The position numbers and the translations under genes are program-made. This document shows positions 26,266 to 38,000 of a DNA stretch of 64,000 bases, one piece after another; position 1 is the first letter of the stretch, and the number at the start of each line of letters is the position of its first letter. Source of the DNA: Squalus acanthias (taxonomy: Eukaryota); contig CM059431.1 in assembly GCA_030390025.1 (NCBI GenBank), positions 114,764,001 through 114,828,000 of the forward strand. The letters are read 5' to 3'. A model generated the notes under the pieces. It ran no database searches and had not been told where the DNA came from. It worked only from the letters and a program-made list of their open reading frames with translations.

Positions 26266-26440
26266 TATTTCCAAATAGGTTTAAGTTCCCTTCCCCATTG
26301 AAAGCCATTCTCGTTTTGATTTTTTTTTTAGATCAAATTGCATTAGCAATAGCCAGTTACAGCACTTGAATTTTTAATAAAAAGTTTAGTGTTTAAATGG
26401 GATGACAATCTGTTTTAACATTGTTATAGCCCTGTCTTAC

Positions 26441-26698
26441 CATCATAGTCTCTACAACGCTTCTTTGGAAGTGGCCCTCTTCCATACGAGTTGTGATCTA
26501 TCTGGTCTTCATGGTACTCTGACCAACTTTCTGTAGTGGTGTTGCCATGGTGAGCTGGTGCTATAACTGTGATCGCACTACTCAGAGTAGGAACAGGATA
26601 ATGCCCAGATGTTATGTTTGGCAGAGTATTGGGCGTGTAGCCACTTTCCGATGATTCTGTTCGGTCGAGGTCATACTTTGACTTCCCTGAATCCCTCT
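26441..26698 (-). CDS. RBM26: RBM26 exon 6 (ERDSGKSKYDLDRTE...GHYPVPTLSSAITVIAP...KKRCRDYD), start of CCCH zinc finger
   Basis: TTCTTTAG| acceptor, G|GTAAGA donor; 258 nt, open frame; read by hand. Confidence 0.95.
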
Positions 26699-27789
26699 CT
26701 AAAGAATAAAAAGGATCTAATATTAATATATAACCCTTTCACCAATTTGTTTTTTAAAAACAAATTGAAAGCCATAGCTATACAAACTGTTCATACTTAA
26801 AATTTTAGATATTAGATTTTGAAGTTACAAATAAGATTATTGCACCTACACAATTCCCAAATTAAAGATGTATAACTATGCAACAGTATATACACAACAG
26901 CAAATGTTTTTAAAATGAAAGTTGAGAGTTATAATGGACTTTCATGGAGTGCCACCTGCACCAAAGACACTAAATTGTACACTCCATTTACATCACACTT
27001 CATTATGCAACAATAAACATGTTCCGAAATGAACAGAATGATATAAAAATAAATGCTGAAAATTGGCTAGCAGCACTCTCTGCAGTTAGTCAGTCAAAGC
27101 AAAGCCTACTGAAAAATGAGAATTGAGAACAGAAGGTAAGACACCAGTATGGTAAACCCAAGCTATTTTCTCCACCTACCACTGTGATATACAATATCCA
27201 GCATTTTCTGTTTCAGATATCCACAGTATTTTGCTATTGTACTGTGATATACAACATTCGTCACACCATCCCAAACTTTTACCAGCTCTTGTTAGCATTA
27301 ACGGCATAGAAACCTGTGTTAACCCACTCTCAGATTTTATCTCCCTCAGTTGGGTAAATGCCTCATCTCTGCTCTATTGTGCCTCTCTACTCAATTGCTC
27401 AATTAAGATTCTGGATAGCTCTTTCATTCAGCACAGGCACAATGGGCCAAATGGCCTCATTCTGTGTTGCATCATTCTTTGAATCTGATTGGAACGACAT
27501 CACATTAATGAGAGATTTGTTGCGATATCAGGGTACTCCACACCTCTAGTAAGAGTTAGAATGTAAAACTTTAGCTCTCGATTCACAAGTCAACTAGCAA
27601 ACTCAGTCTGTTTTTAATAAATATTTACGAACTCGTGCACAGCAAAGGATTTTGATAGCAGAAGAGAATGTGCTAAGTCAGCAACAAATGGACAAGCAGC
27701 AATTGTATGCATGCTGTAAGACTTTGAACCGTAGAAAAATCATCAGCGGACCAGTAAATCTGTACCTTATACATAATATAGCAGATTAG

Positions 27790-28235
27790 AACTACTTTCG
27801 TTGTTCCAATTTGACACCGAGCGACAGAAGGACAGGTATCCAAAAGCTTGGTCAAAGAGGTATGTTTTAAAGAGAGGTTCAGGGAGGGAATTCCAGAGCT
27901 TAGGGCCTAGGCAGCGGAAGGCACGGTCGTCTATGATGGAGCAATAAAAATTTGGGGATGCACAAGAGGTTAGAATTGGAGGAGCGTAGAGATCTGGGAG
28001 GATTGTTGGGCTAGAAAAGGTTACAGAGATAAGGAGGGGCGAGGTCATGAAGGGATTTGAACACAAGGATCAGAATTTTAAAAATCAAAGGGTGATGTAG
28101 GTCAGTGAGCACAGGGGAACAGGACTTGGTGCCAGTTAGGATACAGGTAGCAGAGTTTTGGATAAGCTCAAGTTTACAGAGGGTGAAAGGCCAGTCAGGA
28201 CAGCATGGTAATAGTAAGAGTCTGGAGGCATCAGC
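27790..28235 (-). mobile_element. L2-type LINE 3' fragment
   Basis: KLELIQNSA..ILTGTKS, FKILILVFKSLH.LAPPYL, RAF..LGPKLWNSLP. Confidence 0.85.
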
Positions 28236-29178
28236 TGGAGGGCTGTTGCGCCACAAGTCCCTCTAAAATAAAAACCCGTGTACACAATGCAACAGATTGA
28301 GAAAAAGTTGAGGATATCCTAGGACATTTCTGCAGCCTGTGGAGTAATTTTGTGGCATACACTGTCAAAAAAGTTACATAATTTAGGAGACTGGATATCC
28401 TTTCTGTGCGATACTTAAGTTGAAATTTTGGGTAGTGCCATGTATATAGCAACTAAGTAAGTGATTAAATGAATTTGGTGAATTCATTGAAAAAACTTTC
28501 AACCACATAGTATGTTATGCCATAGTCTGAAATGAAGATACACAACATCTCAGGTTACTAGCAACACTGGTCTGTAGCACCCAGTTGGAGACACACAAAT
28601 ATCCTAGCTTCCTGCTTATTCTTCTACACTACAAGCAAGTACCTCATCAACTGACCTTGTACGTACTATATCATGGGCTGTAAGAACAAACGTACATCCT
28701 ACCCCTCAATTACACACAACTGCGTTATGCCACCAAGCTACTGAATAAAAGCTTCAGGCTGAGAATGCAACCAATGTCAGAATAACATAGCTAGAAATGA
28801 TAGGACGGTTTCAATAAAAGCAGATACTTTGTGTGCATACACACAGGAAACTGGTTGAAGCTGCTCAAACTTGCGTTACAAAAGGGTCCTTGAGGCTACT
28901 CACTCATTTTACGCAAAACCCTATATAGCCAGAGAGAAGATAGTTATCTTGTTAAAAGGACAATATACCTACCCAATGTGCCAAGTCCAATCAGATTTAG
29001 TTTTTATTTCAGTTGAATACTCAAAAGCCAAGATTATAAAAGATTACCCTACAGTATTCCTTTAAGTGATCACAAACTTAGCCAAACAGCAGCATTCAGG
29101 ACTAACGTTCGGATAAAATGCTGACCCAAGGTGTTTAAGTACAAAGCTCAAGACTTATTTACGTCTGAATATAACTAC

Positions 29179-29369
29179 CTCTGCTTCTACTCCTGCTTCT
29201 GCTCCTGTCCCTGTTTCTTTCCTTACTCCAACTGCGACTCCGACTCCTACTGTAGCTTCGGCTTCTTCCTCTTCTTCTGTTGTATCTGTCCCTGTATGAA
29301 TCTCTCCTTGGAGGATATCGGTCGTACTCCCTTTTACGAGAACGATCATTTTTTCTGTCATCACGGTTT
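29179..29369 (-). CDS. RBM26: RBM26 exon 5, RS/RD-rich region
   Basis: TTTTAG| acceptor, G|GTAGTT donor; 191 nt; PPRRDSYRDRYNRRRGRSRSYSRSRSRSWSKER. Confidence 0.93.
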
Positions 29370-30061
29370 CTAAAAGTTAACAGAAACTGTAACATTACTG
29401 AATGATTATCTGACTGCTCCCTTAGCCTTAACTGAAAGCCATTTACTCATTAGGCAACTATTCCAATCTAGCTGATTATGTATTTTTCTAATCCAGCCAC
29501 AGACCAACATTCTTCCTGCTGAATAGGAACTCCTTATAGGTTTCAGAACAAATGCTCCGATAGGCTGTTTCAAGGTTAATATATTATGTGGTATACCTAA
29601 TCAATACAAGATAGTATTCTCAGTTAACCATCCTCAGGAATTTGATATTTTTTGGCATCCAATATTTGATAGAATGGTAATATATTAAATTTCCCTCAGA
29701 TTTACCAGTTCAGTTGTATGGTAAATGCACAATATGTACTGAGTCACAGGCAGCAGAAAGTTTCCAGGTTTGAGCTAACCTCAGCCAAGGCAGCAGTAGC
29801 TACACTGTAATTGGGCTAATTGTAACCAGGCTTTTGGGAGGGGGGCGGGGGTAGAAAGAGGGCATGGTTCGGGGATGTTATATAAGGGATTCCCCATCCC
29901 AATCTAGCCAGTCACTCCTTTTGGACAGTACCACGGATGCTATCAGACCTGGATTTGATGCCTGCTATGGGGAAATAGCCCGACGCTTGCCATTTACATG
30001 TTAAGAATGGCTAGCTGACAAGGTATCCAAGTACTGCTGGTGCTCATGGAATCATACCCAT

Positions 30062-30630
30062 AAGTGACCACACCTGGAGTACATTATACAGATTTGGTCT
30101 CCTTACCTAAGGAAGGATATACATGCCTTAGAGGGAGTGCAACCAAGGTTCACTGGATTGATTCCTCGGATGGGGGGGGGGGGGGGGGGAATTGTCCTAT
30201 GAGGGGCAATTGAGTAGACTAGGCCTATATTCCTTAGAGTTTAGAAGAATGAGAGGTGATCCCATTGAAAATCATAAAATTCTTAAGGGCTTGACAAAGT
30301 AGATGCTGGGAGGATGTCCCCCCAGGCTGGGAAGTCTAGAACTCGGGGTCACAGTCTCAGAATAAGGGGTTGGCCATTTAGGACTGAGATGAGGAGAAAT
30401 TTCTTCACTCAAAGGTTTGTGAATCTTTGGAATTCTCTACCCCAGAGGGCTGTGGATGCTCATTCAGTATATTCAAGACAGAGATTGATAGATTTTTGGA
30501 TACTAAGGGAACCAAGGGATATGGGGATAGTGCGAGACGGTGGAGTTGAGGTAGAAGATCAGCCATGATCTTATTGAATGGTGGAGCAGGCTTGAAGGGC
30601 CGAATGACCTACTCCTGCTCCTATTTCTTA
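30062..30630 (+). mobile_element. CR1 3' fragment with internal poly-G run
   Basis: RPHLEY, RTRGHSLRIRG.PFRTEMRRNFFTQR; standard CR1 3' UTR. Confidence 0.88.
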
Positions 30631-31351
30631 CCTTCACTTAGCAAAAGAAAAGGAACAGAGGACTTTTACACCCACATTATAGCGCAACCCCATTCTACCA
30701 GCCATCACATATCGCGGGCAAATCGTATTCACGCGAACACGCTCGCTATAAGCAGTGGGGACTGTACTTATGCCTTGTCTCCATTAAAGATAAACCCACA
30801 AATTCCTCTTCTGCCTACGTTTCTTGGTATGCTTCTATGCTTCAAGTTGTAGAAATGCCACTGCTTCCTTACACAATTCTACAATCAATCCATCAATCCT
30901 TTGTTATTTGTCCAATAGCATTCTGAACCTCATCTAAACCAAGAAGTTTATGTCAACTACATTTGCTGTTCAGTTTCTAATTGGAGTAGTGCTCTCAGCA
31001 GTGACATCTTTGAAGCAATGCAAATTTGACACGTGTTAATGGGAACAACCATATGGTGAAAAGTAGAAACGTGTAAAAAGGACAAGCTCCTCAGAAGTAA
31101 GTGGAAAATGATGAATAAATAAAAGTTAAAAAGAAAAACAGTCATTCAAAAACACAGGGCTGACTCACTATGTACCCAACTACAAAAGCATCTTATGAGG
31201 ATGACTAAATTTTGGATGGATGAAGCTTTTCTAAGTCAACATGGTGACACAAGTACTCTTCAAGGACAAGATTTTAAGAAATTGCTGACAGCTACTTATG
31301 GATTTTTTTTTTTTTAAATTTTAATTACAAGCTTTAAAACAGCACATTTAC

Positions 31352-31443
31352 CGGTTATCTCTGTATCGTGATCCTGACTGCAGTGGGCTGTGATTCAACC
31401 TCCTCGGAAATTTTTTGTCTCGATCATCATCATCTTTACTTCC
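31352..31443 (-). CDS. RBM26: RBM26 exon 4 (GSKDDDDRDKKFPRRLNHSPLQSGSRYRDNR)
   Basis: Not in ORF track; read by hand. AATAG| acceptor, CG|GTAAAT donor; 92 nt; RRLNHSP motif as in RBM26. Confidence 0.92.
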
Positions 31444-31552
31444 CTATTTTTAAAACGAGAAATTTTCTAAATTAAAGCTGAGCATCAGAAAAAGTTTGCA
31501 ATTATATAACAACTTCAAAAAGCATCAAGAACTGTAATCATGCTAAACATAC

Positions 31553-31689
31553 CTCTTCTTTTTTATCCTCCCTTTCCTGCCGTTGTGCAGACTCAGATTT
31601 TACATTCACGGATAACAATTGCTCAGACTGAGGTAGATAACTCTTTGCAGTTATAGCTTCAAAAAGCTTTTCTACAAAAGTATGGGTGT
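31553..31689 (-). CDS. RBM26: RBM26 exon 3 (DTHTFVEKLFEAITAKSYLPQSEQ...DKKEE)
   Basis: TTTACAG| acceptor, GAG|GTATG donor; 137 nt; end of PWI domain. Confidence 0.95.
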
Positions 31690-32019
31690 CTGTAAAGGAA
31701 TATAGCATTATTGCAATACAACTAAAGTTAAAAAGTTCTGCAAAATCCAACAATTTTTATTGCAACCTAAAATACAAAATAAATGAGCTAAGAGGTTAAC
31801 AGATGAATTCAAACTGTTTTCATTGAACAGACAAAATCCACGAGCCACTGAACTATTTCTGCCATTTAATTAAGTTTTTAAAGTGTTGATATGTACAATA
31901 TAGTTTTCCAAGCCAGAATCAAATTTCAAAAGTGAAAAAAAAGCCAAAACTATATTTCAACTTCAATGACTGTGTTTAGCTATTTTTTTTTACATGTTAA
32001 TAGTTTTCTAAAGTGTGTC

Positions 32020-32456
32020 AGGCTTGGCTCAGTCAGTAGCACTCTCGCATCAGAGTCAGAAGGTCAAGGCTTCAAATCCCACTCCAGAGATTTGAGCACA
32101 TAATCAAGGCTGGCACACACAGTGCAGTACTGAGGGAATACTGCCCTGTCGGAGGTGCTGTCTTTCCAATGAGATGTTAAACCGAGGCTCTGTCCATCCT
32201 CTCAGGTGGACGCAAAAGATCCCATGGCACTATTCGAAGAGAAGGGAGTTTTTTTAACCTGGTGTCCTGGCCAATATTTATCCCTCAACCAACATCACTA
32301 AAAACAGATTATCTGGTCATCATCACTTTGCTGTTTGTGGGACCTTTGGCGCAAATTGGCTGCCATGTTTCCTGCGTTACAACATTGGCTGTGAAGCGCT
32401 TTGGGACATCCCGAGATCGTGAAAGGTGTTACATAAATGTAAGTCTTTCTTTCTTT
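32020..32456 (+). mobile_element. tRNA-derived Deu-domain SINE (SacSINE1/AmnSINE1-related)
   Basis: A/B boxes, Deu core GTTAAACCGAGG...CAGGTGGAC..AAAAGATCCCATGGCACTATT...GGCCAATATTTATCCCTCAAC, L2-like tail; family assignment from recalled consensus. Confidence 0.85.
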
Positions 32457-32820
32457 CAAAATGGCCGATTCGAGTTCAGTAGTTCCTAAAAATAGCAAAT
32501 TTTAAAAAAAAACACTAAACCCGGCCAGAACCAGGGGACACCTCAGTTTAGTCCACAGTTTGAATTCAGGGTCCAACTAATTGCAAGGGTCTTAAAATGA
32601 AAGGAATTTAGCAGCCTCATCTTGAATTCCTAATTAGGCTGATTCCACAAATGTTTTCATGAGAACAGAGGAGATTTGACAAGAGGTGTTTAAAATTATG
32701 AATGTATCTAGAGAGTAGATAGAAACAGATTGCTTCCAGTGGTTGAGCAGTTTAGAATGAGGGGACATAAATCTAAGAATAATTGCAAGAGATTTAAGAC
32801 AGATAGCAGGAAAATCTTAA

Positions 32821-33538
32821 GGGGTAGAGTTTCCACTTTGGGCGCAATCGGGAAATTGCGCCCAAAATTGCGCTGGTTAGGTCACAGTTCAAGTTACTGC
32901 TAAAAATAAATTTGCATAATCACAAACGTAAAATCTTCCATGAACCAGCGCAGTCAGGCAACGTAATAGAACACAATTGTTACTTTTTTTCCTTTCCATT
33001 AAGAAGTATTCATTGATGTATTTAAGAGTAGTAACCTGGAGCAGTTTTATTAATACAGCCAGAAATGGGTTTAAATCACAAAAAATAAGCATTTTTAATA
33101 ACAGAGTCCAATCCTTCACCTGTAAGTAACCTGATGTAAAATCACTGAAAATGACTTCAAAAAACTAGACTCCACCATTTACTACTTTCATTGGTGTGCA
33201 CTATAGTCAGTTTCTTAGTAAATTAAATAGTTTTTGATACGTAAAAACTTCTAAAACGTGCCCACTAGTGCCTGTGCGCCAAAGAAAATGAGCGCAGATT
33301 AAAGAGCCTTCCCATGCTAGCGCATAGGAGGAATCTCGCAATGTCAACCTGGGAGTGTTACCTGTGTTGTGGGTGGAGTCTAATCCGGGCAAATTGAATT
33401 TTAAGCCAACGTAAAAGATCGCAGAAAAGCCGCAAGTGGTTTTGGGTGTAACTCACTTACGTTTAAAATTCCCAATCTTTTGCGCTGGTTTGGCTGATTA
33501 CGCTGGAATCTGGATGCAAAACTAACAAAGTCTACCCC
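32821..33538. mobile_element. Non-autonomous DNA transposon, probably PIF/Harbinger
   Basis: TIRs GGGGTAGAGTTT / AAAGTCTACCCC; flanks TAA and TAG; no transposase ORF. Confidence 0.65.
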
Positions 33539-34354
33539 TAGATGTATATATAGGTTCTGTTGATCCAAAGATCTTTTTCTATCAAATAACATTTTAAGTT
33601 GGGCCCTGACCAGGGGACCTTCAGTAAGCGATTCAATAATAGGGAGTCAAACCACATACTCACTTGTAATATGCACCAGCCTACATATTACTACATAGAA
33701 AATAGCCACTAGGTGTAATACTGTAAAACAACAAAAAGAAACTCAAAAGAATTTCAAGTAAGTACACCAACCACATTAAACTTATTTTTAAATTAGAAAT
33801 TAAGTTGCCAGCTACTTGCTTAGTCTGTCAACACAGACCTGCTGTCAAGTCAAATACCTGGGGCAGTGAACACATCTGTCTGGCAGTAGCTAGCTCCTGC
33901 ATAGCAACAAATTCCCAGACGTCACACAGATTCAGACAAACATGACTAGAAGTGCAAGAAAAGACCATCAGGCGCCTCAAGCCTACCCATCCCGACGCTG
34001 TGAAACCACGACTAATCCCCCAGCCATGCAATTACCTGGAACATGCAAATAGCAGAAGAAATCCTGCAGTAAACTCAAATAGCTCTGGGAAATTCCTTTC
34101 CAACTTCTCAAGGCAATTAAGTGAAGACTGGAGTCCACATACATCTTCAAAACGCATTTACTAACAACTTAGTGCTTAACAGAACAATTCTGTTTTAGGC
34201 ACTCAATCTCAGGACCGTGTTAGGTAAAGCAGTCTAGAGATTAGAATAAAGCTCTCTCTATTCCACTCAAATACAATGCCTTAAACCCAAGTAAACACAC
34301 ACATACACGGGGCAGACCAGGCTGACACTTCTGTGGCCTGTTAATTGGAAAATG

Positions 34355-35450
34355 GATGATGATCTTTTGTATGGGAGTAGCAAAGCAAATCAAATGTCAC
34401 TATCGAAGTCAGATATGCAGGCCAAAGCTTCTGGTGCAACAGCGTGGATATCTTGTAAGCTGCCTTCAAATTTCCTCTGAGGGCAGTGCTCAATGAAGTG
34501 CTCCAGGGTCTGATTAGGAGCTCCACAGTCACATGATGGGGTTGCTTTAATCTTCTATTTATGGAGAAGGTGGCAGCATCTACCATGACCAGTTCTGAGG
34601 CGGGTGATGGTTGTCCACTGTTTGAGAGGAAGGTTTGATCCTTCAGGTTGTACTCAGGGTTCCTCTATAAGGAATCCATTCCATGTCACAGTTCTTCCAA
34701 GCATTTCACCATCGGTCATCAAGGCCGAGGGGAGATCGCTGAAGTGCTTCAGCGACGGTCCAAAATGGCCTTCTAGATTTGAGACGGTTTGGTGGTAGAT
34801 TGTTCAAGTCGGCCTGGATCGGCATGTCTTTGCTAGTGTAGCAGTTGTATTCTCTGGAGACTGCATATTCGCGGCGTAGGTGTGGTGATGCGATGTTTGC
34901 AAGCACAGGCAGCCAAGGTGTTGGCGTCGATAAAAGCATACCGGTGATAATTCTCATAGTAGAATTCAGCTGGACATCAACGGATTTGACATGCGGACTT
35001 GATAGCCATGCCAGAGAGCAGTACTCTGCTGCAGAGTACACCAGGGCGAGTGCTGCTGTATGGAGGGTTTGAACGTCTGCTCCCCATGTGGATCCGGCGA
35101 GTTTCTGGATCAAGCTGACCCTACTCTTTAGTTTCTTCTCAAGGTTCTGGAGATGCTGTCTATAGGACAGGGTGCGCTAAAGGGCAACTCCTAAATAGGA
35201 GGGTTTTTAGGCATGGTTTACTTCTGCGCCGCAAAAGGAGACTTTCAAAGCTTGGTTTGCTTGATGGGTGTTGAGGTGGAATGTCGAGGTGACGGTCTTT
35301 TGTGGGTTTGGCCGAAGTCGCCATCGGCGGAAGTAGGCCTCCATCGTCTGTAAATCACTGGTCAGTGTCTCCTTGGTGATGGACAGATTAATGCTTTGTG
35401 TGGCCAAGGCAATGTCATCAGCGTATACGAAAATGGATCGAAGTTGCCCA
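34355..35450 (-). mobile_element. 5'-truncated Vingi (Ingi-group) non-LTR retrotransposon
   Basis: FVYADDIAL, KLAGSTWGA, ALALVYSAAEYC, TPWLPVLANIA, RLRTGHGRC, CDCG...HFIEHC zinc finger, 3' end CCATACAAAAGA. Confidence 0.78.
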
Positions 35451-35932
35451 TAAGCCACTTTTGCATCAGGGCTCTTTTAGTTTGGATTCAGAGACCAGCA
35501 TCAATGAGACCAGGATGATCACACTGATAAATCCAGCTCCCTTATCCAAGTGACAGTATCCCTAGAGCCAGTTTTTCTTGGATCTACAATTCTGCCACTG
35601 GGGTAAAGGACCCAGCTTTAGCAGCGTGAATGCAGGAAACCGGATCATAGAGTCTGAACTAAACAAGCATCAATGTAAAAGTGCCTTTACTCACTTAATT
35701 TTGGTCAGCACGCTTTCTTCTCGTCAGAGCTGAATTTGATCCCAGGTTACAGAGGAAAAGGGATCATGGGTTAACCGCCCTCATTAACCAGCTCCTTCAA
35801 CAATAGACAACTTAATGTATTTCAAATAGTTAGATACAGAACTACATGAACACCTCTGGATACAGTTCACAGCTCCACAAGATCCAACGCTAGTATTGTT
35901 TTTTTTGGTTAACAAGACATTCTTTACTATAC

Positions 35933-36051
35933 CTTTCTGCAGGAAGACATCTAATTGATCAACACACAATGCCTTCAACTCCTTCTCAGTTTTATCCTTC
36001 TTTACCAAAGCAACAACATATTTAGCAAGCGCGGATGGATCTGCATCACAT
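35933..36051 (-). CDS. RBM26: RBM26 exon 2 (CDADPSALAKYVVALVKKDKTEKELKALCVDQLDVFLQK), PWI domain
   Basis: TTTGCAG| acceptor, G|GTATAG donor; 119 nt; phase fits exons 1 and 3. Confidence 0.96.
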
Positions 36052-36829
36052 CTGCAAAGAAATAAAAGCAGAAAAATACTTAAGCCACCAGATTTAAATA
36101 CTAATGTACTTTGAACAGAAAATGTGCTGGAATATGTTCAGCATGCTTTTTTTAATGACTGGAAATGTCTAATTTTAAGAATTAAGAAAAATGTTTAAAT
36201 TTTGGAAGAATCATCCATCATAAAGACGTTAGCTTAAAGATTAGATGCTATCTTTCCCCACTTTCTCCTGGATGCCGTAGGTCATTCTTAACCATTTGTA
36301 AAAATATAATTAATTAGCGAGAGCCAAAATAAACCAAGATTTTTTTTAATGGATTTCAAAATGAGATTTGTTGCCTCTTTCAGTGCAGCACTCAACCTGG
36401 TGCACACTGCCACGTCAGTAGTGCAGCTAACTTTAAAGCGGTTGAGGTTAAAACAAAAAGACAACAGTCATCAGCATTTTTATTTGCATACACTTTTGTT
36501 ATATGGTGACAAGGATACTATTCAAATTTATATTGGAAACCGCAACTAAAGCATTTGCCTACATATCAGTAATCCAATGGCTGTCGTGCTTTGGAACACC
36601 CAAGTACATGAAAGGTGCTATATCAATGCAAGTTTGCTTGCTCTTAAAACTTCTCATTCTCCCCTTGTCACAACTAAATGGAGCGCAATTCCATGATAAA
36701 ATAAAATAGCATTACAAAGACCAAATCAATTAATCACAATGTAGAAAGGTACAAATGTGCGTTGATCCGTGTCCAGGTAGTGGTTAAAATAAGCCAGCCT
36801 GCAGATTACAAAGTCAAAAACATACATGA

Positions 36830-38000
36830 AGGTGTGATGTGCACAGTGTCACAATCTAGTGGATGTGGTATATATGGACTTTCCGAAAGATTTTGAAAAG
36901 GTGCTCGTGACAAACGTCGGTGTATGTGAAGTTGGGGCCAGGTAGCAGAATGGATTGAACAAAGCAGAAAACAGAGGGCAGGAGTTAAGGGAAGTTCCTC
37001 ATACTGGCAGAAAGTGGGATGTGATGCCCTGCAGGAATCCATGCTGCGCTGGGACTACTATTGTTTGCCATATACATACATGATTTAGACTCCGGAATTG
37101 GAGGTATGGTGTTAAAATGTGCAGATAATACCAAATTAAGGGGTATAGCTAATAATGTAAAAGACTACCAAAATACAGGAAGACAAACAGGCTTGCAGAG
37201 TAGGCGGATAAATGGCAAACAATATTCAATATAGGGAAGTGCGAGGTGGTTCATTTTGGTAGCCACTTATCTCTTGGATGGCAAGAAAATAAATATGGTA
37301 GAAGAGCAGAGAGATCTGGGAATCCAGATATATAAATCGCTAAAAAATAGTAACACAAGTTAATAAGGCCATAAAGAGTTCCAACAAAGTACTGGGGTTC
37401 ATTTCTAGAGGAAAATAATACAAAAGCAGGGTGGTAATGTTAAAGTTATAGAACCTCGGTTAGACCACACTTTTGAGTACTGTGCACAGTTCTGGTCTCC
37501 ATACCACAAAAACAATATTGAAACACTGGAGAAAGTGCAGATAGGATGTTACCAGAATTGATGGGGAATAACTATCAGGAAAGATTGAGCAGGCTGGGGC
37601 TCTTCTCCCCTGGAAAAAAAGACGGAGGAGAACTGGTAGAGGACTTTAAAATTATGAAGAGGTTCTATAGGGCGGATGTGGCTTCCAATTGTGAGCAAGT
37701 CCCGAATCAGGGGGAATAACTATAGGATAGCCACTAACAGATCAAACAAAGAATTTAGGAGAAATTTCTGTACAGGGAGTGACGAGAATGTGGAACTTAC
37801 TGCCACGTGGAATGGTTGAAACAGATAGCATTGACTCATTTAAGGGGAGCCTTGATGCATACATGAGGGAGAATGAAATAGAGGGATATGGGGGCAGAGT
37901 GGGAAGAGGTAATTAGAGTGGGAGGAGGCTTGTCTGGAGTATAAACACTGGCATAGACCAACTGGGCTGTTTCAGTGCTGTAGATTCTATGTAATACCAA
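36830..38000 (+). mobile_element. Older decayed CR1 RT/3' fragment
   Basis: VDVVYMDF, ADNTKL, VRPH..YCAQFWSPY remnants; tail similar to 24600. Confidence 0.8.

Noticed and set aside
29160..29178. Later donor AC|GTAAAT extending exon 5
   Set aside because: Phase 2, incompatible with phase-1 exon 6; the 29179 boundary restores the conserved E-R-D junction
29155..29373. Glu/Ala-rich and Cys/Phe-rich ORFs overlapping exon 5
   Set aside because: Alternative frame and antisense readings of the RS-repeat exon
32020..32090. tRNA genes at the A/B-box sequences (also 12975, 45950, 50445)
   Set aside because: No complete cloverleaf; they continue directly into SINE bodies
35711..35727. Minus-strand CTGACGAGAAGAAAGCG as a hammerhead
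   Set aside because: Only 3 nt between the boxes, no stem II or stem I pairing
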